In this document: positions 39,220 through 49,342 of the stretch, piece by piece
Layout of the letters: the number at the start of each line of letters is the position of its first letter
Numbering within the stretch: the first letter of the stretch is position 1
Assembly: GCA_040285825.1 (NCBI GenBank)
Contig: JAUPSS010000001.1
Location: 3,968,001-4,032,000, forward strand
From: Eukaryota sp. TZLM1-RC
Lineage: Eukaryota > Protista > Metamonada: BaSk clade
DNA length: 64,000 bases
Direction: 5' to 3'
Notes under the pieces: generated by a model
Databases searched by the model: none
Told to the model about the DNA's origin: nothing
Seen by the model: only the letters and a program-made list of their open reading frames with translations
Program-made: the position numbers and the translations under genes

Positions 39220-39922
39220 ATGCATCAAACCAGACGCAGACTGTCCTACAAATTCAAGCAATCTCAACATGTGTGTACTATATGTATGTCTGACAAACCA
39301 AATAGTGAGGATTGGTCTGTTAAAATGACTCCTGCATGCGATCATGAACGAACATGCTGTGATGACTGTATCAGGAGACATGTAAAAGAAGAGCTGATTT
39401 CAAAGAATGGTTTTCGTGATGTCCCTTGCTTACACAGCTCTTGTAAAGCTACAATGACCTTTGACACCCTGAAAAGATGTTTGTCAGTTGATGACCTCCA
39501 ACGATATGAATTAAGGCTCCTTACACGATGTTTAGAGAGTGAAGCAAAGTTTAAATGGTGCTCAGGAACAGATTGTCAATGGGGAGCAATATTGGAAGAT
39601 GTAGAACCACATCAGACAGTTTTTTGTTCATCCTGTTTCTCGCAAACAGCGCTCAACACAAATGGGGAATGGAAGACAGAGAGCACATGCAATGGGTACT
39701 ACGTTGGATTTCATCAATCGGCAGAGGAAAAGACCAACTTATGTTACATCAATGCAAAAACCAAACCATGCCCATCCTGCAAACACGCCATTGAAAAAGA
39801 TGGTGGGTGTGATCACATTACTTGTGTCTCTTGTCGGTATGTCCCACCTCAATACTAACCTTATGTATGAATTCTGTTGGGCATGTTTAGGAAATTATAA
39901 GTCACATAGTAGCTGTAGGTAG
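39220..39922 (+). CDS. RBR E3 ligase, copy 3 (divergent IBR; GT-AT intron 39837-39864; possible pseudogene)
   Basis: RING1 and RING2 present. YEFCWAC is restored only by removing GTATGT...CTAACCTTAT. Confidence 0.7.
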
Positions 39923-40239
39923 ACTTAAGTAATAGGAAACATTAGTCTTGACATTAAAGAGGAGACTTGATGAGATGAAAATTTGACAAAACATTGCACT
40001 TCAAATTCTCAAGGACATTATTTTCCAATTGAGTGAGACAATTCACTGAAAGCACTATTAAACTTTCTTTTAAACCATTGTGTGGACCGCTGGAAAATTG
40101 AGATTGTGAACTGATTATTACGATTTTTGTCTTGAACCAATGTTACAAACTAAAGAATTTAGTCAGGAAAATTGAATTAATTATAACAAGATAATCAACT
40201 TACTATCAACAACAATTCAATCACTGTTATTGTATTATC

Positions 40240-41430
40240 GCAAATTAAGTTAAATGCTGGGTGTAAGTAGAACTGCTAATGTGGATTTCTTATTTACCCA
40301 AATGGAAGGGTGGCCTTGGTTTTCACAATCTTACCTTATTGTATAATGTCAATTTCTGAAATATCATATTTTGTTAAACTCTTTTGATGCTGACTTGAGA
40401 AACTTATTTGAATTAATGAAACAAAGAAGATTTATCTGGAAACAGAAGTTTAATTTAATTGAAAAACTGGAGCATTATTCTCGATTGGTTGAAGAAAGAT
40501 GACAAATACTCAAATCTATCATAAAATTATTTCCAAATTTAAAAATGATGAAATTCAAGGAAGAATCGACACAATCATGGAGTATGAAGTACAATCTTCA
40601 ATGAGGAATGTCATGTTGAATTCAGATAATATGAACGCTGATCATCATTGGCTGTCCACGTCGATTGATTTACCACCTAGAATCAGCAAGTTTGCAATTA
40701 ATTCTTCCTTGACTGTCTTTCTTACTGCTGATAACCATTATCGAGGGAAAATTTGTCGAAAATGCCTGATGGATCTCAACTAATGTCTGCTATGTGCTCA
40801 TTATGTCAGTCCGGACCTGCTATTTTGTGTAACATTTTTTGCAGTTGTCAAAGTTATCGTATCACCGAAATACACAACAGACTAAATGGAGAGATGATTC
40901 AATTTTAAATAGTTTTTTAACCTCTTTCTTCCTTTCCTAGATCATTATGATGTTAACTGCGTTTAACCTTATCACACAATTTATTACGTAATTTTGACCT
41001 GGACTAACTCTTATCTCAAAAAATATTGATGAATCAAGAAGGAAGACAGTCCTGATTTGTGAGTTAACATCACCGATGGAATAATATTAAGTTAGTAGAC
41101 ATACACTAGAAAGTACAAAATATCAGAGTTTTGAATTGATTTAAAAAGTTTCAGCAAGGGAAATAATTGCTAATAGCTGCATTTCATTGATGAAGAGATT
41201 ACTCATTCTAAAGTTTAAAATGAAAACCATTTGTAAAGAATTAGCATTTCAAGCACTCAATTACTCATATGGCATCTTTTCAGGTAGAGGATCTCGTATA
41301 GAGTTGACTGATGGAACAGAATGATAGAAACACTATGGGTGTTGGTTTAAAAGTGTTCAAGCTCAGTATTTCGTGTTAATTGTTAATAGAAAAAATTGTT
41401 TTTTGATATTAATAGAATGTATTTCATAAT
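40240..41430 (+). mobile_element. degenerate HERO/NeSL-like non-LTR retrotransposon (RT thumb tail, Zn knuckle, RLE)
   Basis: YLPKWKGGLGF thumb motif, KFAINSSL, CSLC, ICELTSPME, STKY. Nucleotide homology to 7890-8680. Confidence 0.75.
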
Positions 41431-41501
41431 AAAATTTTTTTAAGTAATGTCCCCACCGAAAAAGCTCTAAATAGTGTCAAATAGCCGCTTTCAAACACGC
41501 C

Positions 41502-41536
41502 CGTCTGTTTTCGAACAGACGTTTTTTTCTCACTAG
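41502..41536 (+). mobile_element. Helitron-like 3' terminus (hairpin + CTAG)
   Basis: Perfect 8-bp stem CGTCTGTT-TTCG-AACAGACG, 11-nt spacer, CTAG, then T. Confidence 0.55.
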
Positions 41537-42014
41537 TTCATGGAAAACGCTTTGGAGAAAAGTTGAAACGAGCAAATGAAATTTTTGATGAACAAAATCT
41601 AAGTTTCATTTTGAAGTCTAGCTATTTTTTTAATTTTAAAAAGAGTAGTTTCAATTTTGGTTCAGTTTTCCAATCCAACAAAACTAACTTATTAAAATAT
41701 GGAAAGAATGATATCCAAGTAGAAAGAAGTGGTGGTTTCTTAGCTTAGTTTAGCTCTGATCAGTGTTTTCTTCTTTTAAATAACGAAATTCAATTCTAGG
41801 TATTAGGGGCTCTACCTTACAGAATGAAGACCCTAGATAAAGACGATAAAAACTCTAGATTAGAGTCCATCATAATGTTTCAAAAGTGGAGGTCACCCTA
41901 GATGAACAGTTGGATAAAACATGCGCTGCCTGCACCAAATTAACTGAGGAAAATTGTTTTTGAAGAGAAGATAAAGAATTTTTTAAATAAATCCGACTAA
42001 AACATTATCTTTAT

Positions 42015-43403
42015 TTACTCTATTTTCTTCCTTGAAAAAAACCTAGATGTACTCAAAGTCATCAAAAACGTTTTAATAAAAGATTCTTGACTAAACCTCT
42101 TCACTGCTCTCCTTGCACCATGTTGTATGTGTGACAAATGATCCCAGTTACCAAGTAGAACAGTCCCCAACGCCCTTGCATACTCCTCCACATCAGAGCA
42201 AAGAAAACCGGTCTGAGAACCATCTTGAAGAGGAATAACAATATCGGAGAGAGGGCCACCTGAGCAATGGGCAATGGGGATAGCACCAGAAGCCATGTAC
42301 TCTACCACAGAAATTCCAAAATGCTCGGCAGTCATGGCATGAAGTCCAGCTTTGGCAACCTGTAAACGTGCTAAAAGGTCAATATAAGCAAGATTTTCCT
42401 TGACCACAACAGAATCTTCAAGACCAAGTTCAACAATTCGCTCTTTAATACTATCAACCATTGCCCGATCTTTTGGACGTACACTACCTATTAATTCTAA
42501 AACAGGTTTTTCGCTAAACTTATTTCCATATTTTTCCATCATAAATTTCCAAGCATCTAGCATTAAAAAGTGATTTTTTTCAGGCCTAAATTGGGCAACA
42601 GCCACGACCACGTTTTCTCTAGGTGCCAGTGGTAATCTTTTCATTGCACGAGTGTCGCAAGGGGGATAGACGATAAGAACATCATCTCTGTTCCATAATT
42701 GAGTAATGTGGTTATACGTCCAAGTAGAATTGACCATGACAACGGAAGTAAATTTGGATACAAAGAGGTAAAAAAATGAAAATAGTCTGTAATAAAGAAT
42801 TTTAATTAAAGTCAATAATTTTGAATTCGCTACCCAATTGCGGTTGTTGTACAGTTGGCGCCGTGATTTAATTCGAGTAACCATTTCAGAGGTGATGATT
42901 GGATAATGTACATAGCAAGCAACGTTGCTACCCCCAAACACTCTAAACAAAGGATAGGTGAATGCGCTGCCCATAGTGTCAATGTAATAAGAAGGGACAA
43001 AGCGGAGAAGACACTCTAAACCGACTAGTAAGGATGCGAATGATTGGAAGAGTAGAGTAAAGAAAGGGTAAAGCTTTGGATCAAGAAGAGTTCTTGATTT
43101 GATAAAAATGAAATTGACAGGGGACAGCTTAACTCCAAAGCTGGATTGGGCTTTGGTGAGGATGGAAGTGGGAGTTTCCCCACAAGAACGTCCTGTGTAG
43201 ACGTAAATCTTGAGTTTAGGGTCATGTTTCTGTAGTGCTTGAACAGCAAACCACAGCACGCGTTCCCCACCACCTGCGTCATTGGCATACGGATGGAAAA
43301 ATGCTACAGAATTTTTGACTTTACGAAAGCGTGAGAGTATAAAGAGTAATGTACATGAAGTAGTAAAAGCAAGAGCAAGTATGCTTAGAAGATAAACATA
43401 CAT
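42015..43403 (-). CDS. ALG11: GDP-Man:Man3GlcNAc2-PP-Dol alpha-1,2-mannosyltransferase
   Basis: AFFHPYANDAGGGERVLW, YIDTMG, CYVHYP, VNSTWT, YPPCDT, AQFRPEKNH, EHFGISVVEYMASG. Confidence 0.96.
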   Translation of the reverse strand: MYVYLLSILALAFTTSCTLLFILSRFRKVKNSVAFFHPYANDAGGGERVLWFAVQALQKHDPKLKIYVYTGRSCGETPTSILTKAQSSFGVKLSPVNFIFIKSRTLLDPKLYPFFTLLFQSFASLLVGLECLLRFVPSYYIDTMGSAFTYPLFRVFGGSNVACYVHYPIITSEMVTRIKSRRQLYNNRNWVANSKLLTLIKILYYRLFSFFYLFVSKFTSVVMVNSTWTYNHITQLWNRDDVLIVYPPCDTRAMKRLPLAPRENVVVAVAQFRPEKNHFLMLDAWKFMMEKYGNKFSEKPVLELIGSVRPKDRAMVDSIKERIVELGLEDSVVVKENLAYIDLLARLQVAKAGLHAMTAEHFGISVVEYMASGAIPIAHCSGGPLSDIVIPLQDGSQTGFLCSDVEEYARALGTVLLGNWDHLSHIQHGARRAVKRFSQESFIKTFLMTLSTSRFFSRKKIE

Positions 43404-43767
43404 GGGATATAGGATTGATTACCAGATTTATAACTTTGCACTTTGGCCTCTTTGACTTCTTCAATGAATAAACGAATCTGTAGTGATTCTGGTACATCCA
43501 CTCTAAAGCTTTAAAAAACAGTTCTATGATGCAATGTTTGAATTTAGAGATGTATACCTTAATTAAAATTTGTTTCAATGACAACAGTCCAATTAACATT
43601 GTTGTATGACACTGAATGAACTCCACGTGTAATGGTTTTCAAGCAATAAGACGATTTAAATCTTATTTACATTCGAAAAATCATTTAAATTAAATTGCAT
43701 CAAATAATTTGAATTAGTCATCCCCCAATCCAGGTCTCCTTACCACCCAGGTCACGGATACAGCACA

Positions 43768-45579
43768 ATGACCGATATCTCAAATCTCAGTCTTCCTGAG
43801 CGCATGGCTCTTATTGCCAAGGAACGTCAGCGGAAACTTGAAGATGCTGTACGTAAACGAGAAGAAGAAGAACTCAACGCCTCCACATGTTCTTTCCGTC
43901 CCCAAATCAACAAACAGTCCAAAGCAATTGATCGTGCTCTCCCTCTAGTTGACTACTTTCAAAACTGGATCAGTGACAGAGACCTCAAACTTACCAGTAA
44001 ACGTAACGAATCCGAAGCAGCTTCCCCTGCCTCTCCTGCTACTAATCCAAGATCAGCCAAACTAGCCGAGAAATGGAGGACTCGTGATCGTTCCCCCTCC
44101 CCTCCTCCCGAAGAACCCTCCTTCCAACCAAAGATCAATCCCAAGTCGGCCTCGCTTCAGAATGATGTTCCTCTTCCTGAACGACTCAGCTCTGTCGCAG
44201 AAGAACGTCGCTCCCGGCTGGAAGAACTACGAAGGCAAAAACTACTGGAAGAAGAAGAAGAGCTTAAAAAGTCCCTTTCTCCTGATATTTCTCTTCTCAA
44301 TCGTGTCAGAGGCTCAAACATTGAAGATGATCTTTATGTACGAGATAAAGAAGCACAAGAACGTCGTCTTTTAAAACTAACCCAGCAACTCCACGAAGAA
44401 CAAGCCCAGTATAAGCCAAAGATTAACCAACGTTCAAGACAGCTGGCGTCTAACCGTAACCCAGCTTCCAAGTCTAGTTCACGTAACACCAGTCCAGGTG
44501 AGAAAGTTATGAATCCTGATGACGACCCTGATTTAACTTTTACCCCGAAAATTAACCCTACCTCATCAAAAATTGCGTCTGGGGCTACTCCAAAAGGAAC
44601 ACCAAGAACTTTGTACCTGTACAAGAAAAAGTCTGAAATTGAGCGGAGCAGGGAATCTTTAGCTTCTAGCTTAGCTGATAGGGAGACTGTAGGATGTACT
44701 TTTTCGCCCAGGATTACTAAAAAAGCCAAGAAAGCATCATCTTCTACTCCTTCTTTTCAGACGGAAGGTAGCATTGTTTCTAGAACCGAAGCATGGAAGA
44801 AAAAGAGGGAGCAAAGGGTTAAGAATGAAAAGGAACGACTCTTGGAGGAAGAACTAAAGGAATGTACGTTTACCCCCAAGAGACCTCAATCTAAGGTCCA
44901 ACCACCCAAAAAAGCTTCTTTGGATCAGTATTATGGCGTTTCGAGTTTTGTACAGCGACAACAAAAAGCTAGACAATTACGAGATGAGCAAGATCCTAAT
45001 AAGTTAGTCTCTAATGGATCGAAATGGAATGGTTCCTTGACCAAGCCTCAGCCGTTTAGGTTTAATAATAGAGATCGCAATAATGAAAGCAACAACAAGC
45101 CTACTACGCCTGTCTCTAATGCTTTTGTTGTGTTAGATGATGTTGATCCTATGCAAGATGTCAATATCAATGAATGGAAAGCAAGAAAGAAAGAGAAACA
45201 TGAAGAAGAATCTGTTCAAGTGTCATTAACCGAAAAACCTTGGAGAACCGGAACTAATATCGATATTGTTGATTCTCCCAAGAGTGATCGTGTTAAGAGA
45301 AAATGTGGTTGCTGTACTACTGAGTTTTGTCAGGAAATGCCTGATTTGGATGATATTGATTTTACTGATACTCAAGGAAGACATGCAGGCGAATTGGAAT
45401 TTTATAAAAGATTACAGCAAAGTCGAATTAAACCTGAAGAACCAAAGACAACTTGGTCGCCTGAAGTCACTGTTCCAAAGGAGTTTAAGTTTAACCAAAG
45501 GCCTGCTTCTGGGCAGATTTCCTCTCTAGCAAGACCTTATTCTGATGGTGGTCGAAGTGTTTTGAATCTTGATGGGTAG
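43768..45579 (+). CDS. uncharacterised charged coiled-coil protein with repeated (C/L)TFxPKI motifs; possibly microtubule-associated
   Basis: 603-aa ORF with six FxPxI-type repeats and two TxPxxFxF motifs. Confidence 0.7.
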   Translation: MTDISNLSLPERMALIAKERQRKLEDAVRKREEEELNASTCSFRPQINKQSKAIDRALPLVDYFQNWISDRDLKLTSKRNESEAASPASPATNPRSAKLAEKWRTRDRSPSPPPEEPSFQPKINPKSASLQNDVPLPERLSSVAEERRSRLEELRRQKLLEEEEELKKSLSPDISLLNRVRGSNIEDDLYVRDKEAQERRLLKLTQQLHEEQAQYKPKINQRSRQLASNRNPASKSSSRNTSPGEKVMNPDDDPDLTFTPKINPTSSKIASGATPKGTPRTLYLYKKKSEIERSRESLASSLADRETVGCTFSPRITKKAKKASSSTPSFQTEGSIVSRTEAWKKKREQRVKNEKERLLEEELKECTFTPKRPQSKVQPPKKASLDQYYGVSSFVQRQQKARQLRDEQDPNKLVSNGSKWNGSLTKPQPFRFNNRDRNNESNNKPTTPVSNAFVVLDDVDPMQDVNINEWKARKKEKHEEESVQVSLTEKPWRTGTNIDIVDSPKSDRVKRKCGCCTTEFCQEMPDLDDIDFTDTQGRHAGELEFYKRLQQSRIKPEEPKTTWSPEVTVPKEFKFNQRPASGQISSLARPYSDGGRSVLNLDG

Positions 45580-45947
45580 TAAACGGAGTTTGTATTATAT
45601 TGTTTGTTAGTTTGCCATTTTATTTTTATATAAAAAAATATTCACAGGATGTCTTTGGTGTTTTGTTGAGTTTAAACAAACATTGACACACACGAAGAAA
45701 GGTATTTCGGTTTTATTTTGAAATGGTAAATTTCTAAATACAACATCGAGGTTTTCAAATAAATTTGTGTAGTTAGCAATTCTGATTGGGGGAGAAAGTT
45801 TAAAAATTTGAAGTATTTATTTTCAAGCTAAGAAGTAATGTATTAAAAAAGAAAATTTCAGTTAAAATTTTCCAATTAAACCTAAATTTAACAAAGTGTA
45901 CAATACCGCCAAAAAGACTAAATTATATAAAAACTAGAGCAAAAAAA

Positions 45948-46789
45948 CTACACTAAAAGAACCGCATTAATACAACCCTGAGATAAAAGATTAAAAACAA
46001 CATACATCTAGTTCTGGATTATTAGTAACTTGAGCAAACTTACCCCACACAACTTTTCCACTGGTGGTGACAAGGCCCAACTCAGAAACATTTACTTCGA
46101 TAATTGTACCCTTTGTCATTACACCAAGATTTGTAAAGGTAGAACTCGATGGGTTCTTCTTGACACCCAGTATATCTAAGCAAAAAGTGGTCTTGAGTTC
46201 TGGATGGGTAACGTGTGCTTTACGGAACCTCATAGCTGCTGGGCGAATAAAACGTTCATATTTTGGTGGTTTGCGAGTGAAACCATCACCTACAAAAGTA
46301 GCCTTGGTGACTAATCGTTTCCAGCTCTTTTTTTGACGTTTTCCTGTTCTAATGACCTTGAAGATTTCATCCTCTGGGATAGCTCTGATTTTTGGTATCG
46401 GGACATCCCATTTACCAGCCTTTTCCTTCTTCTTCTGTTTAATCATGTTTGAAAGAACTTTTCCACGGGAAACATTCTCACGATCAAGGAGATAAGCTGG
46501 TACAGCGCCATCAGGGACATTGTCATCAGTTGCGCGAGTAGTGTTTTTCTTTTCATGCATGTTGATCATTTTCTTCATTTGAGCCTTCTCCTTGAATCGC
46601 TGCTTGTTGAGGAGTTTAGCACGAAGACCATGAACAGATTTAGATTCCTTAGCTATACGGTGAGGTTCACGGGCTTCTCTCTTGCGTCTGAAGTGAACAG
46701 GAGAATCAAAGATCATACTGCCGCTCATGATAATCAAGACGACGACCATGGCGTTTGAGATGCAGTTCAATATGTTCATTCTGGGGCAT
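45948..46789 (-). CDS. NSA2: ribosome biogenesis protein NSA2, 3 exons (introns 46688-46718, 45978-46005)
   Basis: Spliced [28 protein letters not shown]...[14 protein letters not shown]...[15 protein letters not shown]. Confidence 0.97.
45978..46005 (-). other. spliceosomal intron, 28 nt
   Basis: GTATGT...TTTATCTCAG; restores [10 protein letters not shown]. Confidence 0.92.
46688..46718 (-). other. spliceosomal intron, 31 nt
   Basis: GTATGA...TTCACTTCAG. Confidence 0.92.
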
Positions 46790-46893
46790 TTTGGAAGTAC
46801 AATGAAAGGAGAATGATTTACCTCAACGTTTCTATTTCACTGGCCACCACTTACAATCCCAACATTCAATTGACATTATTGTGCTTTTAGCGG

Positions 46894-48147
46894 ATGTCTG
46901 AGCCCATCTCTCTCTTTAAATCAATACGAGGTCACCGCGGTACTGTCAATTCAGTTGCCTTTTCCTCTAATGGAACACAAATTACTACCTCTTCAAACGA
47001 CGAAACCGTCATGGTCTGGACCTTAACCCCTTCTTTTCGATCCTACCGGTGGACTGGGCATACTGACAAAGTTGTTGACGTCACTTTTCACCCAGACGGC
47101 GGCCACGTAGCCTCAGTATCACGTGATTCTACTGTACGCATCTGGAAAACCTGCGTTACTCCCGTTCCTCTTGTCATCTCTGGGCTTGCATCACCACTCC
47201 GTTGTGTAGCTTGGTCTTGTCATGGGGAACAGCTTGCAATTGCTGGTGATGATAAAACCATTCGCGTTTACTCAATCGAATCACTGATCGCACCCACTAA
47301 AACTACCAAAACAAAAGAAATATCAGCTAGTTCAGCTGGCGTTCGTTTTTCCCATTCGTTCCAAGGCCACAACCACTGGGTCAACACCATTTGTTTCCAG
47401 CCTGGCGACTGTGCTCTTTTAGCTTCTGGTGGTGAGGATGGTCGTCTGTGTTTGTTTGATAAGAGAGTGGGTCCCAAACCTATTTATTCAAAGAAAGAAT
47501 CTGGCGGTGCGATTTATTCCATGGATTATTCCCCTGATGGCAAGTTTATTGTTACGGGTTCCAAAGATGGTAAGGTTCGTTTATATGATTTAGAATCAAC
47601 TCAATTAGTTGCACTCTTTGAGGGTCATAAAGGTCCTGTGAGGTCAGTATGTTTTGGTTTTGGATCCCTATCTTTTTTGATTGCCTCTGCATCTGATGAC
47701 ACGTCATGCCGCGTTTGGTCTGTCACAGAAGGTTGTCTTTTGTACACACTATATGGCCATAATGCTCCTGTATCTGGGGTCGCTTTCTCTCAAGTAGAAG
47801 AACAAGACTCAATGTTACTTGCTACGAGTGGCGGAGACTCTGTTTTTCTTTGGAAAGTCAATATTGGTCTGGTCACTGAAGAATCTGCTTCAAGAGCAGC
47901 CGTTCCTGCTGTGGAGGACATTGATGAGGAAGTTGAGGAAGTTGAGGAAGAGGAAGAACCTCAAGTTTATGGTTTTGATCGTGATAATGTGGTGAGTCTG
48001 GGCACGGGTAAATTCGCAAAGACTTTGGAATCAATTCCTGATAATATAATGTATGCTCTAGAGTCTATTTCTGGCCAAATTGATTTAATTCATAGGAGGC
48101 TTGATGTTTTGGATAATAGAATTTCTATTGTGGAGGATAAGCTTTAG
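46894..48147 (+). CDS. POC1: centriolar WD40 protein POC1
   Basis: WD40 repeats (RSYRWTGHTD, VASVSRDSTVRIW) plus C-terminal Poc1 coiled coil LESISGQIDLIHRRLDVLDNRISIVEDKL. Confidence 0.85.
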   Translation: MSEPISLFKSIRGHRGTVNSVAFSSNGTQITTSSNDETVMVWTLTPSFRSYRWTGHTDKVVDVTFHPDGGHVASVSRDSTVRIWKTCVTPVPLVISGLASPLRCVAWSCHGEQLAIAGDDKTIRVYSIESLIAPTKTTKTKEISASSAGVRFSHSFQGHNHWVNTICFQPGDCALLASGGEDGRLCLFDKRVGPKPIYSKKESGGAIYSMDYSPDGKFIVTGSKDGKVRLYDLESTQLVALFEGHKGPVRSVCFGFGSLSFLIASASDDTSCRVWSVTEGCLLYTLYGHNAPVSGVAFSQVEEQDSMLLATSGGDSVFLWKVNIGLVTEESASRAAVPAVEDIDEEVEEVEEEEEPQVYGFDRDNVVSLGTGKFAKTLESIPDNIMYALESISGQIDLIHRRLDVLDNRISIVEDKL

Positions 48148-48429
48148 GATTGGTTGAGAATGTATTTTATTGTGTATTTTTTTTGTAATTTTAAATTAAT
48201 TTGATAAAATTGAGTTAAATCGGATTTAATGTTGGAGTTGCAATTTTGTTTGGATATAGTGCTTTTATTGTGGTTTGAATATCGTGTATCAATGAGCCTC
48301 TGCTGAAGGAAACACTGTCTCTGAATAATTTTTTCTGATGAAAGAGGTGATTTATATTGTGATTGGATTGATAATTCTCAGCTGTTGTTGACTTTGTCTC
48401 CTGTAATGTTGCACATGACACTTTGGTTC

Positions 48430-48780
48430 AAAGAAAAAAACTCAATCCTGTGAGTGATCTTGATTTAAAAGCAAAAAAAACATAGAAAATATGATCAAGA
48501 TATCGAAGAAGCTAATGCTGATAGAAATACACAGCTAGTTTTTATTGCTTTTCCATTTTCGATAAATGTAAGATTATCAGATAAAGCAGAAATTTTTTTA
48601 AATGACTTCCAAAAAATGGTTCAAGAAAAAACAATGAAAAGATTTGATATTTTTTATGGCGTTCACGGATTCAATTTGCCATTATTAATAGATTACCACG
48701 GTTTTTCAATCAAATAAGAGAAGCTTTAGCTAGACAGCAAGCACATCAAGATTTTGTAGAGGAAATCTTGGTTCAATGAT
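48430..48780 (+). mobile_element. RLE 3'-end relic of a non-LTR retrotransposon
   Basis: KKHRKY...LVFIAFPFSINVRLSDKAEIFLNDFQK..WRSRIQFAII (frameshifted). Confidence 0.6.
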
Positions 48781-48869
48781 AGTCGTCCCATTAGTTATGA
48801 ATTAATTTAATTAAGTGTGCATGTTCAATAAATATCGAAAAATTGCTTTCAAAAAAACTAAACACAAAA

Positions 48870-49290
48870 ATTAAAATTCTAAATCTTCATATCCCAAATC
48901 AGCCAACACAAAGTGTCTGGAAGTTTTTCCTTCATAAAAGCAACCAAGAGTTAATCAAGTAGAAGACAATAACGGGACAACACCTTTAAAAGTTGAAAAT
49001 ACAATTCTGCTCTGCCGAAACAGTTTGTTAAAAATTCTTCCTGTACGTTGTTTTACAATTTCGACAAAATCATCCAAAAAAAATGAAGAAAGTGGTCCAA
49101 GCGTACCATGTAAGGAAAAAGCAAATGGACAAAGGACATAGTGAGTGTGAGATTCAGCATTCAAGAAAACCAACTTAGCTTTATATTTATCAATTTTAGG
49201 ATTTTCGGCAACAGACAGCGGATTCTTGTGTTATGACTGAGCTAATGGTATGAAAGAAATATAACACACATCAGTAATAGTAGTTTTTCT
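48870..49290 (-). mobile_element. RLE 3'-end relic of a non-LTR retrotransposon
   Basis: PLSVAENPKIDKY...LCPFAFSLHGTLGP..FLDDF..RQSRIVFS. Confidence 0.65.
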
Positions 49291-49342
49291 TTAGTGTGTT
49301 GAACGTTCAAAATTGATTGACAAGATCATTTATCTTTTTTCA

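Noticed and set aside
41502-41528. Bacterial rho-independent terminator
   Set aside because: Eukaryotic genome; the downstream CTAG at Helitron spacing is a better explanation.
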